From assembly GCF_018350175.1 (NCBI RefSeq), contig NC_058368.1:53322001-53386000 (forward strand): DNA of 64,000 nucleotides, read 5' to 3'. Below are positions 42,701 to 56,200 of the stretch, piece after piece. The DNA comes from Felis catus. Taxonomy: Eukaryota. Below the pieces are notes generated by a model. It ran no database searches. It worked only from the letters and a program-made list of their open reading frames with translations, and had not been told where the DNA came from. Each line of letters begins with the position of its first letter. The first letter of the stretch is position 1. The position numbers and the translations under genes are program-made.

Positions 42701-45700
42701 CCTCAAGCTGAAATGAAAAGACCAAAGTACAGAAAATTCTGATTAAGGTAATAAATACTCAGAATACTCAATATTAGAATACTGTAACTCTTTTTTAAGA
42801 TAGTATATTAAACTCTTAACTACAGCATAAAGATTTTAGAAAGTATTAAGAAATAACTATAGTTACCTCCTGATAATGAAATCACAATATAAAAAGACAT
42901 AACTTACAACATCAAAAAAATATAAAAGGGGAAGAGTAAAAGGATAGAACCATTACAGGCAAATGAAGACAAATTTTTCATTAGCAGAAAAAGAACTTCA
43001 TTACCTCTGAAATGTTTTGTGTAACCTCATAGTAATCACAAAGCAAAAATCTACAGCATATACATGAAACATCAAAAAACGGGAGACTGAGCAAATCACC
43101 ATGGAAAACCAACTTACAGACAGAAACAAAAGGAAAAACAAGAGAGAAACAAAATAACCAGAAGGAAAAATATGAAATGGTTGTAGTAAATCCTTACATA
43201 TCAATAATTACCCTAAGCATAAATTCATTAACTCACCAATCAAAACACAAAGTGGTGGCACCCAGGTGGCTCAAATCATCTGAGCATCTGACTCTTGATT
43301 AGGTCATGATCTCACGGTTTGTGGGATCAAGCCATGCATGGAGCCTGTTTGGGATTCCCTCTCTCTCCCTCTGTCCTTCCCCTGTACGCATGGGTGTCTC
43401 TCTCAAAATAAACTTAACAAAGCAAAACACAAAGTGGCTGGATATATAAACAAAACAAGACCCAACTACATGCTGCCAATAGGAGACTCATTCCACTCTA
43501 ATAACACGCGGGCTGAAAAGTGATAGGACAGAAGATGATATTCTAAGAAAACAAACAAACCAAAAAAAAAAAAAAAAAAAACAAAAAAAACAAAAAAAAA
43601 CAGGTGAGCAGAGCCATAACACATGAAAAAAAATAGACTTCAAGCCAAAAAGGGTAACAAGAGTCAAAGAAGGTCATTATATAATGATAAAGGGGTTAAT
43701 ACATCAAGAAGATATAACAATGGTAAATATATACATTCCCAAATCCTAAGGACTGAGATATATGAATCAACTAAAACAAATCTTAAAGGAAAAACAGACA
43801 ATACAGTAAGTTAATATGAGAGACTTCAATATCCCACTATGTGAAGGATAGATTATCAAGGCAGAACATAAACAAGGAAGCACTGGAATGAACCACATTT
43901 CAGAACCAAGTGTTCTTAACAGACATATAGAACATTCCATCTAACAAAATAAACAAAATAAACATTCTTCTCAAGTGCACACAGAACATCCTCCAACACA
44001 GAGCATATGGTAGGCCACAAAACAAATCATGACAAGCTTAGGAAGCCTAAATTCATACCAACTATCTTCTCTGACCACAATGGTATGAAACTAGAAACCA
44101 ACAAGATAAAAGTAAGATCTACAAATATATGGAAACTAAGCAACACACTTCCAAACCAATGGATCAAAGAAGAAACCAAATAGGAAATAAAAAATTATAT
44201 CAAAGCAAATGAAATAAGAACACAATATATCAAATATTGTGGATGCAGCAAAAGCAGTTCTGAGAGGAAAAATTATAGCAGTAAATGCATGTATTAAAAA
44301 ATTAGAAATAGCTCATATAAACAACCTAAATTTACACCTCAAGGAACAAGAAGAATAAGTTAGGCCCAAAGTTAGCAGAAAGAAGAAAATGGTAAGGATC
44401 AGAGTGGAAATAAATGAAATAGAGACCAGAAAATCATTAGAAACCATCAATGAAACGAAGACCTGGTTCTTTGAAAAGATAAACAAACCTTACAAACCTT
44501 TAGCTAGACTAAGAGGAAAAGAAGTGAAGTCTCAAAAAACAAAAATAAATTAGAAATGAAAAACATTACAACTCATATTACAGAAATACATAAAATTTTA
44601 AAGTACTGCTATGAAGAATTATATGTCAAAAAATTATATAACCTAGAAGAAATGTATACATTCCTAGAAACATACAACTGACCAAAACTGAATAAAAAGA
44701 CATAGAAAATCTGAACAAGTAACAAGAGACTGAATCAGTAATCAAAAACTCCCAACACAGAAAACTCCAGGACCAGGCAGTTTCACTGGAGAATTCCAAG
44801 CAGCATTTAAAGAGTTAACACCAATCCTCCTCATACTCTTCCAAAATAGCAAGGAGGAGGGAACACTTCCAAACTCATGAGGCTAGCATTACCAACACCA
44901 AAACTTGGTAAGAATACCCCCCCCCAAAAAAACAAAAAAACAAAAAAACTACAGACTACCATCCCTAATGAATACAAATGCAAAGTTTCTCAACAAAATA
45001 TTAGCAAACCAAATTAAAGAACACATTAAAGGGATTATACATCATAACGAAATGGGATTTATCCCTGGGATGGAAGAATGGTTCAACATATGCAAATCAA
45101 CAAATGTAATACATTACATCAATAAAATGAAAAACAAAAATCACATGATCATCTCAATAGATGTAAAAAAAGCATTTGACAAAATACAATATCCCTTTAT
45201 GATAAAAAATCTTAACAAGCTGAGTAGAGAAGGGCCAGAAGTCAACACAATAAATGCTATCATATAGGAAAACCTCACAGCTCATATTATACTCAATGGA
45301 GAAAAACTGAAAGCTTTTCTTGTAAGATCAGGAATAACACAAGGATGCCCACTCTTATTCAATATACTACTGGAAGTCCTTGCTAGAGCAATTAAGCTAG
45401 ACAAAAAAGTAAAAGGCATCCAAATTGGAAAATAAAAAGTAAAACTATCATTATTTTCTGATGATATGATTTTATCTATTTAAAAAAAAAAAAAAAACTC
45501 TGAAGACTCAACCAAAAAACTTTTGGAACTAATCACTGATTTCAGTAAAGTTGCAGAATACAAAATCAACATACAGAAATCAGCTGCATTCCTTTATACT
45601 AATGATGAATCATCTGAAAAATAAAGAAAACTATCCCTTTCACAACAGCACCAAAAATAATAAAATATATAGGAATAAATTTAAACAAGGAAGTGAAAGA

Positions 45701-48700
45701 TTTGTACAACAAAAAATACAAGAAATCAAAGAAACAAATGGAAAGACATCCCATGTTCATGGACAGGAGGAATTAATATCGTGAAAATGTCCATCATTGC
45801 CCAAAACAATCTATAGCTCGTGCAATCCTTATAGAAATTACAATGTCATTTTCACTGAAATAGAAAAAATATATAATGTATATATTCTATTATAAAATAT
45901 ACATATAATACGTATGTTGTATATACATTATATATATGTATTTTATATATATACATATATATATATATATGTATATATATATAAGCTACATATTCTATTC
46001 ACTGAAATAGAAAAAATAAGCCTAAAATTAGTATGGAACCACAAAAGACCCTGAATAGTCAAGGCAATCTTGTGAAAAAAAACAACAAAGCTGGAGGCAC
46101 CATACTCCCTGATTTGAAACTATATTACAAACTGTAGTAATTAAAACAGCATGGTATTGGCATAAAAACAGACACACAGATCAACAGAACAGAATAAAGC
46201 CCAGAAATAAACCCACACACAAATGGTCAATTAATTTATAATAAAGAGGCCAAGAATTCACAATGGGGAAAGGACAGTCTATAGTCTCTTCAATAAATGG
46301 TGTTGGGAGGGGCACCTGCGTGGCTTAGTTGATTAAGCATCCAACTCGATTTCAGCTCAGGTCACAATCTCATGGTTCGTGGGATGGAGCGCCATGTGGG
46401 GACTCTGTGCTGACAGTGTGGAATCTGCTTGTGATTCTTTCTCCCTCTCTCTCTGCCCCTCTCCCATTCACGTTCTCTCTCAAAATAAAAATAATAAATT
46501 TGAAAATGGTGTTGGAAAAACTGGGACAGCCATATGCAAAAAAATAAATAAATAAAACTGGACCAGTATCTTATACCATATACACAAATTAACTCAAAAT
46601 AGACTAAAGGTCCAACCTTAAGACCAGAAACCATGAAACTCCTAGAGGAAAATATACGTGATAAACTCCTTGACATAGGTCTTGGCAATGAGTTTTTGAA
46701 GCAGACACCAAAAGCAAAAGCAACAAAAGCAAAAACAAACAAGTGGGACTACATCAAACTAAAAAGCTTCTGCAGAGCAAACAAAACTGTCAACAAAATG
46801 AAGACAACCTGCAGTAAGGGAGAAGATTTTTGTAAAGCATAAATTGGAAGCGGTTAATATCCAAAAGATGTAAGAACACGGTCACTCAAACACAAACAAA
46901 ACCAAACATTCCAATTAAAGAATGAGAACTAAACAGCCATTTGCCCAAAGTGGACATCAAAATGGTCAACAGACACATGGAAAAGATGCTAAATAGCACT
47001 AATCATCAGGGAAATGCAGAAACAACAAGATACTGCCTCACACATATTAGAATAGCTACCACTGAGAAGACAAGAAATGACAGATGCTGGTAGGGATGTA
47101 GTGAAAAGAGAACCCTTCTACATTATTGGTGGGAACATAAACTGGCCCAACCACTACAAAAAGTAACACGGAGGTTCCTCAAAAAATTTTAAAAGATCTA
47201 TCATTCAAGCCAATGATTCCACTTCTGGGTATATACCCAAAGAAAACGAAAACAGGATTTTGATGAAATATATGAATTCCCATTTTAATCATAACACTAT
47301 TCACAATGGCCAAGATCTGAAAAGAACTCAAATGTCCGTGGACAGATAAAAGGATAAAAAAGATATGGTACATATACACAATGGAATATTATTCAGCCAC
47401 AAGAAAGGAAGATATCTTCCCTTTTTGACAACATGGATGGACCTTCAGCACACTACACTGAAATCTAAAGAAGTTAACTCTATTAAAGACAGAGTAAAAT
47501 GATAGTTACCAGGGAATGGGTGGGGGTGGGGGGAGAAGGGAGATAAGAGCGATGGTGTTTAAGGGTACAACTCGTAAATAATAGTAAATAGGTCATGGAG
47601 ACCTGATTCACAACATAATGGACACTGACAATAATATTGTATTATAATTATGTGATAAGTATCACTACACTGGCAATCATACATATGAAAATATATAAAT
47701 GTATCAAAATAACATGCTTTATACCTTAAACTTACACAAAGTTACCCAGCAAATTTATTCAATTAAAAGAAACTATTACAAAGAGCAACAAATGACCTGC
47801 TGAACTGCATATTTTAATGCTTATATGCATAATTTGTAATCATTCAATTATTTATCATGTGCAGTAACTTTTTAAGATTTGTATGAATCTTATATTTAAG
47901 GTTTGTATAGACGTTTTTTCATAACAACTTTTTAATTGCCAGCAATGGAAATTGCATAAGCAATGGAAAAGTAGTAACTGGGGAATGTAGGCATAGAAGC
48001 AGGGAGTGTAGGAAATAGCAGGACACAGAAAGTTACAAAGCAAAAACAGACCAGAATTTATACAGACATATTATCTCTCCTTCTGCCACTTTTTAAATGG
48101 CTGAGGCAAGAAAACTAGAGAAATTACTTGCCACAACGCGGTACGCAACTTCATAAAACAAGTTCATCTGAACTACTGGATTTAAACCACCACCACCAAA
48201 AGTACACCTGGTTAAGCTTTCAAATACACATCTCTTAATGTTAAAAAGGCCTCCAACAGCAGCATTAGGTGACATCTGGAAAAGAATTCTTCTCTAATGA
48301 GACTGGGAGTGGGGGTGAGGAGAAACAAAGAAAAAAGAGAAAGGAGGGAAGGGGAGAGAGATATAGAATGAAAGAGAGGGAGGGAAAGGAAGGAAAGAAT
48401 AAGGGAGAGAAAGAGAAAAGAAACAAACTACATACAGGAAGATGTTCATTGCAGTTATTTATAAAGTAAAAAAAACCTAGGACATGAACTGACAAGAATA
48501 TGGCTAAGTAAACTATGGAAGAATCACTCGATAAAACTGGAATCAGCTGTTTTAAAAGTATAAACACTACATATTAACAATGCTAGGGTAGGAAATATGA
48601 AGAGGACTTTAACTTTTCATTTCAAAGCCTTCTGGGAAGTTTTCCTTCTTGTAACTATGTGCAGGAATTTAATACTTTAAGAAAATAAGTTAATGTTTTT

Positions 48701-51700
48701 CTTCCTTTTTTTTTTAAGTTTATTCATTTTGAGACAGAAAGTGCAAGTGGGGAAGGGGCAGAGAGAGAGGAGAGTGAGAATCCCAAGCAGGGGCTCAAAC
48801 TCACAAACTGTGAGATCATAACCTGAGGTGAAGTCAGACGCTGAACCGACTGAGCCACCAGGGCACCCCACTAAGGTGTTTTTTCCCTAAAAAGTTAATG
48901 ACCATGTCTTACATAAAGCACTATTAAAACAAACTATAGGGGTTCCTGGGTGGCTCAGGCAGTTAAGTGTCTGACTTCAGCTCCAGTCATGATCTTCCGG
49001 TTCATGAGTTTGAGCCCCACATTGGGCTCTGTGCTGAAAGCTCAGAACCTGGAGCCTGCTTGAGATTCTGTGTCTTCCTCTCTCTCTTCCCCTCCCCCTC
49101 TCATACTCTGTCTCTCTCAAAAATAAACATTAAAAATTAAAAAAAAAAGCAAATTATAGTATATTCCCATAACATAATACTATGGAACCACTGGAAAAAA
49201 ACAAAACAAAACAGGAAACTACTTAAGAATATACTCATATGAGAGGATATGTAGCACGTCTGTTACCTGTAATATCAGTTACAGTAAAAATGAATAAAAT
49301 TATCCTATGTTAAAAAATTACAGTCAGCTCTTGAACTAACAAGGGTTAGAAGCACCAACCCCACACAGTCAAAAATCTGTGTATAACTTTTGACTCCTGC
49401 AAACATCTTTGTTACTTTTTTTTTTTTTTTTTTTTTTTTAAAGTAGGCTCCATGCACAGGGAACTCATGACCCTGAGTTCAAGACCTGACCTGAATTGGA
49501 CACTTAACTGAATGAGCCACCCACGGATGTGACAAACAGTGAGATCATGACCTGAGCAGAAACAGTCATTTAGCGCACATTACGAAAATACATCCAAAAT
49601 GCTGTAAAATATCCATGTATAAATGGACCCATGCAATTTAAACCAGGGTTGTTCAAGGGTCAACTGTACACACCTAAATAAACATAATACATGTATATTT
49701 TTATATATATACAATTATGTGTTTATGTACAGGGATCAAGAAGGGGCTAGGAAGACTCACTTTTAGTTTATATTTCTATACTGTTCAAATTTTATTACAA
49801 ATATGTATTGTTTTTAATTAAAAACAAAAACTGTGTCCAATTAATTAGTCAAAACCAAAAATAGCATGGGCATTATTATAACTACACAGCATGCACTGGA
49901 CAATGGAATACTACACAGCAATAAAAAGGAGCTACAGATATATGCAACAATATGGATAAATCTCAAGAACATCTTTAGTAAAAACAAGTCTTGTTCAAGA
50001 GTACCCATTTTAAAATTCCATTTATATGAAGTTCCATAATAGGCAAAATTAATATATAGTAAATTAAAAAAAATCAGAATAGTGATTGTTTGTATGGATA
50101 GATGGGAGTATGGGGAGGAGAATGAGGAAACTTTCCAGAATGAGGGTAATGTTCTTTATTTTAATAGGGAATTGAGTTACAAAGATGTATGCATTTGTCA
50201 AAGTTATCAAAGAGTACACTTTAAGATCTGTATATAAATTATATCAACTTTTTAAAAATTACAAATACTGAACTCTTATGATATGCATGATAAGTATTTA
50301 GGGGTAAATTCACTGACATTTGCAATTTACTTTGAAATAAATCAAAGGATAGTGGCACGTACATTAAAATGTTAACAGCAGAACCCAAGTGATGGGTATA
50401 TATGGGTGCGTCATGTGATAAATGTACACACTACAATAGTATTTATTCAGTTCATCAATACAGATGGTTAAATTACGGCATATCCACTGAAATACTATGC
50501 AGCCTTAAAAAAAAGACAACACTTTTATGTATTATACAGAATGACATCCAAGTATGATACTAATTATATAAGAAGCAGAAAGAATACATAAACTTACTTG
50601 CTTGTATGTTGGTAAAATAGCTCAAGAATCACTGAGTACCAGATTTCAAGTGAATTTCATTATTTCATACACATATACAATAGTAAATATGACTCCAAGT
50701 TAAAAATAAACTTTTACCAATTTGAGGTTATTATTTGTAGACTGAGGATCTTTCCACTGAGAAGAGGTAGTGGGAGTAAGTAATAAGTCTGGTAGGGGAG
50801 GGCTTATACCGTCCACTCATTTCTCTCATTTTCTAGTTTCTGGGGCTAAGGAAGCAGGAGGAAGACAAAAAATTCCTAGAAACCATTTAGCTCACGCCTG
50901 AATTAGTCATTCTTGATGTTAGACACCAAACGCTGGAATATCTTATTTTCTGTTTTGCTAATAATACTATCCCTGTCTCTTGATTTATGCATATAGAATA
51001 ATTTTATTTGAAAACATTATAAGCCCAAGGTAAGAAAGTGCTAAAACATATAGAAAATGCTAAATCCATTTTAACTAGTCAGCGTTCACATGGAAAAGCC
51101 AAGTTGCTATGCAGCAGTGAAATGTGGTGATGAGTCAACTCAACAAATGTTAAAGGGATGAAGAAGGCAATGAAAAATATTTTAGCCAATAATTAATTAT
51201 AGAAAAACTCTTCTACCAGCTGTAAAATTCATTAGACTAGAATTACCATATATTAATTCTTTTCCGGGCAGCTCCGTGGAGGCCAGCAGCTTGCACATAA
51301 CAGTATTCAAAAATGCTTTGAGTAAATGTCATTAATACTCTTCACTGTCTTTTCCCCCTAAAAAAAAAATCACTTAAGCTTTACATAATCTGAAGATGCT
51401 ATGAAGTAAAAATAAAGAGAAAGAGACCCAGGAATTAATAACTTTTCAAACTGCTCATATATCTGCTGCTCTGAAATAAAATTCTAAAGTACGGTAGATT
51501 CTTTTTTTTTAAGTTTATTTATTTATTATTTTGAGACAGAGAGTGAGAGAATGAGAATAAGCGGGGGAGGAGCACAGAGAGAGGGAGGGAGATAATCCCA
51601 AGGAGGCTCTGCACTGTCAGCACAGAGCCCGATTCGGGGCTTGAATTGACAAACCGTGAGATCACGACCTCTAAGCAGGAACATTAATCAACTGAGAAAG

Positions 51701-53262
51701 CCGAGGTGCCCCTAACGTATGGTACATTTTATAGTTTACACTCGTTTCTGCTTAGGTTATGGTTATATAAACTACAAATATCAACCAGTGCATTTAAACA
51801 TACCACACACAAGGTATTGTACTGGGTGCTGTACACAACAGGAAGACATTTAAAATTTAAGACTTGGAGTCTACTTTCAAGAACCTGAGATTCTAATAAT
51901 GAAGCTAAAATAAGTAAGGATTACTAAACAAGTGTGCAAGTGATGACTGTCACAATCGACACAAACTAGTTCTAGGCGGAGAATCATGTCACGCCTTCCA
52001 AATGGATGGATCTTATAAATAACTTTCTGGAAGAACTAGAATCACCCTTGACCTTTGATTTCAACTTATATAGAAGTGAAACAGAGAAAGGCAGTATATC
52101 ATAATCTACAAGGCTCTGATATCAAAATGTCTTGTTTCAAATCTTGTCTCCATCATTTATTAGCTATGAATGAAGCATATTACTTAATCTTCCTAAGACT
52201 CAATCTCCTCATATTTAAAACTGAGATAACAGAATCTAGCTCACACTCAATGAATACACAATGATTAGCATAAGATAAGCGCTCAATGTTACCTTCTAAA
52301 AGTTGGGAAAAGGGGACAGTATGTGATGATACAGAATCACATATACATGATACACATGATACAAATGTATCACAAATGTATCACAAATGTACACATGATA
52401 CAAATGTGATGATACAGAATCACAATGAAAAGTTCAGCCTTGCTGAAATTAAGACACACACAAAAAATAGGAAGATACAAACTGGAAAGGTAAGCAGATT
52501 ACTGTATATGTTTGAAAGCCAAGTCTAAATGTATGCAACTTATTTAGAAGTGCTAAAGATTTTGATCGGACAAGAAGATATAAACAAGGCTGGGCATCCA
52601 GGATGGAACTAGAGGGGAGAAAAAACCCAAAAGTTTAGGTAAGGAGTGCGAGGCCCCCTACTGAGCAATGTCATTATTAAGAATTATTAAAAGAAAGAGA
52701 CAGGGGCACCTTCAGCTCAGGTCATGGTCTCACGGTTCGTGAGTTCGAGCCCTGCACTGGGCTCTGTGCTGACAGCTCAGAGCCTGGAGCCTGCTTTGGA
52801 TTCTGCGTCTTCCTCTCTCTCTGCCCCTCTCCCATGTGCCCTCTGTCTCGCTCTGTTTCTCAAAAATGAATAAACGTTGAAAAAAAAAAAAACAGGAAAG
52901 AAAGAGACAGACCTAATGATTAACTGATGCAGGAAAGGAATGAAGTAAGGAAAAGCCAAAAAATAAAATTCCAAGCCTGGAAAATCTGAGGAAATGAAAT
53001 GGAAATCAGTGAATTCAGAGAACATTTATTCTCAGAAATGTAATTTGAAGTTCATGGGAGAACCAGGTGGGTATTTAGCTAGCAACTGGAATAAGAGGTT
53101 AAGGCTTTGAAGAGTGATCAAGTCTAAAAGTACATATGTGAAAAAGTAATGCAGAAACTAGAGGTTCTCGTGGAAAAGCTCTGAAATTCAATGCAAATGT
53201 GTATATAGCATATGCAATATCCTAAGGAAGGAAGTCTTTAATCAAACTTTCAAAGACTCTAC

Positions 53263-53299
<37 letters not shown>

Positions 53300-56200
53300 T
53301 TTTTAAGAACCACTGACACAGATTATAATAGAAACCATCCATGGAAATGAATGTGCAAGAGAGGACAGGAGTAGAAACAGTTGAGGAAAAAAAGGCATGG
53401 AAACAGAACTTGAAAAAATACAATTAAAAGGCAAGAAAAATAACTAAAAAGGGTAGGGCTGATTTGCGAAGAAAGAGAAGCAATGCATTAGGGATTCAAG
53501 ATATGTGATGTTAAAAAGGCAGCATCAACATTGTTAAATGTTATACATATAGGACAAAGAATATAAAATTTATATAAAAATCTCTACATTTAATTAGCAT
53601 AAATTGGTAACACTGAAATATGCAATTTGGTTTGAATATAAACAGAAAGAAACTACATGACAAGGGATTAAGAAGTAAATAGTTGGGGCAAAGGAATGAA
53701 AAAATAAAGACTACTATTTCTAGATTTACTAGTAAAAGGAAAAGAAAGCTAAAGCTAGTATGAAAGTAACTAGAAGTATGATTTTATTTTTTTGTTTTCA
53801 CTACTACTGTTGCTGAGTTCTTCTTCCTTAAAGACCAGGAAAATGAGTTTCTAAGCCCAAAAGGGTCTGTAAAAAGAGAAAGATCAAAGGAGGGAAACAG
53901 GAATAAAGTTCAGGAGTAAAAAGACCACCTTTCAGTTCTTCCTGTAAAACAGGAACAAAAATAATTGTAACGTGGTGAGAAAGGTATAGTTAACAAGTGT
54001 GAGTGAAGGGAGAAAGACTACAAAAGTTCCCGAAGAGGTTTCTTTCTTACACTGTAAAGCACTGATAACCATGACACTTTAGAACTTTATTCCTTTACAA
54101 TTGCAGCTAGTATTATGAAAATGTAACAGTAAAAAGTGCATACAGTTACAAGAAAGAATACATGGTATTGTGTAGTAGTAAATTAAGAACATGGCTCTAC
54201 AATCAAAAAAGTCTGAGTTTAAATTACTGTTTAGTCACATGCTATAGCTATCTGTGTGACTCTGGACAAGTACCTTAACTTCCTGCTTCAGTGCCCCAGT
54301 GGCATCACTTGCAAAATGGAGGCAACAGTGCTTACCTCATAGAACTTGGAAGTAATACAAAACCTTTCAACAATGTATGCAAATACAGGTGGGTAGCCAG
54401 CAGCAGTGGTAGTGATAATAGTAACAGTAGCAAGTAATGTAACCTATTTGTGTTCAACCAAGCAGTATTTAAGGAAGGTCGAAGGGGTAAACTCTTAAAA
54501 ATGTGTCTCAATTCTTTCAACTACAGAAGAAGTATAATTCTACCTATTATACCAGTAAGGAAAGAGGAGGTTCATTTGCTTAGATTACTCACTAAGTGGC
54601 AGAACTGAGATGTGAACACCAGTCCACGTGGATCAAAGCTTGGCTTCTTTCCACTACACATTACCTCCACAGCACTACACAGCAGCAGGAGGACAAAACG
54701 CAGCATTGTGTTCTTTACTATTAAGGTCACAAAATAAGGGTACATCATTAAGTCTATCTGCCTCTCCATTTTTGAAAAATTAAGGAGTTTTTTTTTTTAT
54801 TTTTACTTGATTTTAAGGCTTCCCTCCAGCTAAAAAAAGTCCATGATTTTATTAAATTACCACACTTGGTGATGTGTAAACTCATAAAAACGTCTTAGAA
54901 TACAGCAGAAAATCTTTTCTGTTTAGAAAACAAAAACAGAAAAACCGAACATCAAAAAAAAAAAAAAAAAAAGCTTAAAATTTTTTCCAGGACTTCAAAT
55001 TAGCAAAAAGAAATGAATGTTAAAGACCAACATCTAATTTCATTTTATTATTAGCAAGCATGACTAAGCAAATGTTTGAGAATATAGTATCAATCTTAAG
55101 TATTTTAAGATGCCAATTTTAACACCTACATTTTCAATAATTTATGTGAAAAACCCACAAAACTCAAAACCCTGACATATCTACAGACCTTACAATCATT
55201 AAATGCAGATCTGCCAACTTTCATTTCATGCCAAAACAGTGCAACCAGGCTGGATTTCGTGTTTGTTTTTATGTCAATCTGAAAGCTCTCTGGCTTCTAA
55301 AACCCTTCACTGGCTTCCCACTATCCTTCAATTAACATCCAAAATCCTTAACATGACTCAACAAAGTCTTGAATGTTCCTGCTTCTCTGAGCTATCCACT
55401 GCTATTCTTCCCTTTGCTTTTTTTTATTTTTTCCAACTTGTTTCAATTTCCCCAAAACACTTTTTTTCTTCCATTTTTGGGCTTTCATACAATCTGTTTT
55501 TCAAAATCTAGGATGCTTTCACAGTTCTCCATTCCCATCTTTTTGGCCTAGCAAACTGCTCTTCATCCTTGCAGGCTAAGATCAAATGTTACCATATCAG
55601 CAAAGCCTTTCCTGACCTCCCAGACATATATTCTGACAGCATTCTGGACTTAGTAACACTCACTGGCCTTGTAATTACTTGTTCAACACGTCTTCCCTGC
55701 TACGTGGTAAACAATACGAAGATAGTCCTCTCTGCTCATTTCCCACTATCCCCAATATCTAACACACCGCTCAGTACAAAGTAGATTAAGTACTCAATGT
55801 TTGCTGAATTAACATACTCAAAATGCAGAGGAAGTCCAAAACCATGAGATGCTTTACTAGCATGAGTAGCTAGATAGTTCCATACAAGTTCTGAGTTACA
55901 TCTTACCCTTGGTCCTTCAAATGTTCTCCTTCAAACAGGTGCTATTTGGCAATTATAGTTTTAAAGTAAAACAAAAAAATCCTTTCAGATAACAAATACA
56001 CCTTAAAGTTTCACAAAACCAAGGTTAGAAACCACAAATCTTAAATAATTGGAATTAGCTTTCAAAGTTACCAAGAATTCATCTGAAATGCAATTAAAGG
56101 GACAGGAACTTGGATAAGGGCTCAATTTTACCACAGCAATGTACATTATGAAAGGACCAATTCCAATTCCTACCAGGGTTTAGGCTGTACTCTAGCTAGC

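Larger units (their letters stand above)
40545..47770 (+). mobile_element. Decayed near-full-length LINE-1 (L1MA9/L1_Carn-like), antisense to RBM26, with disrupted ORF1 and ORF2
   Basis: GC-richer 5'UTR; ORF1-like region about 41.3-42.7 kb; ORF2 remnants [24 protein letters not shown]...[16 protein letters not shown] (44905-45267) and [21 protein letters not shown] (46633-46842); 3'UTR ends near 47770. Confidence 0.9.

Noticed and set aside
44905..46842. Reverse-transcriptase-like ORFs as an active or novel RT system
   Set aside because: They are short remnants of a frameshifted, stop-ridden, SINE-interrupted L1 ORF2
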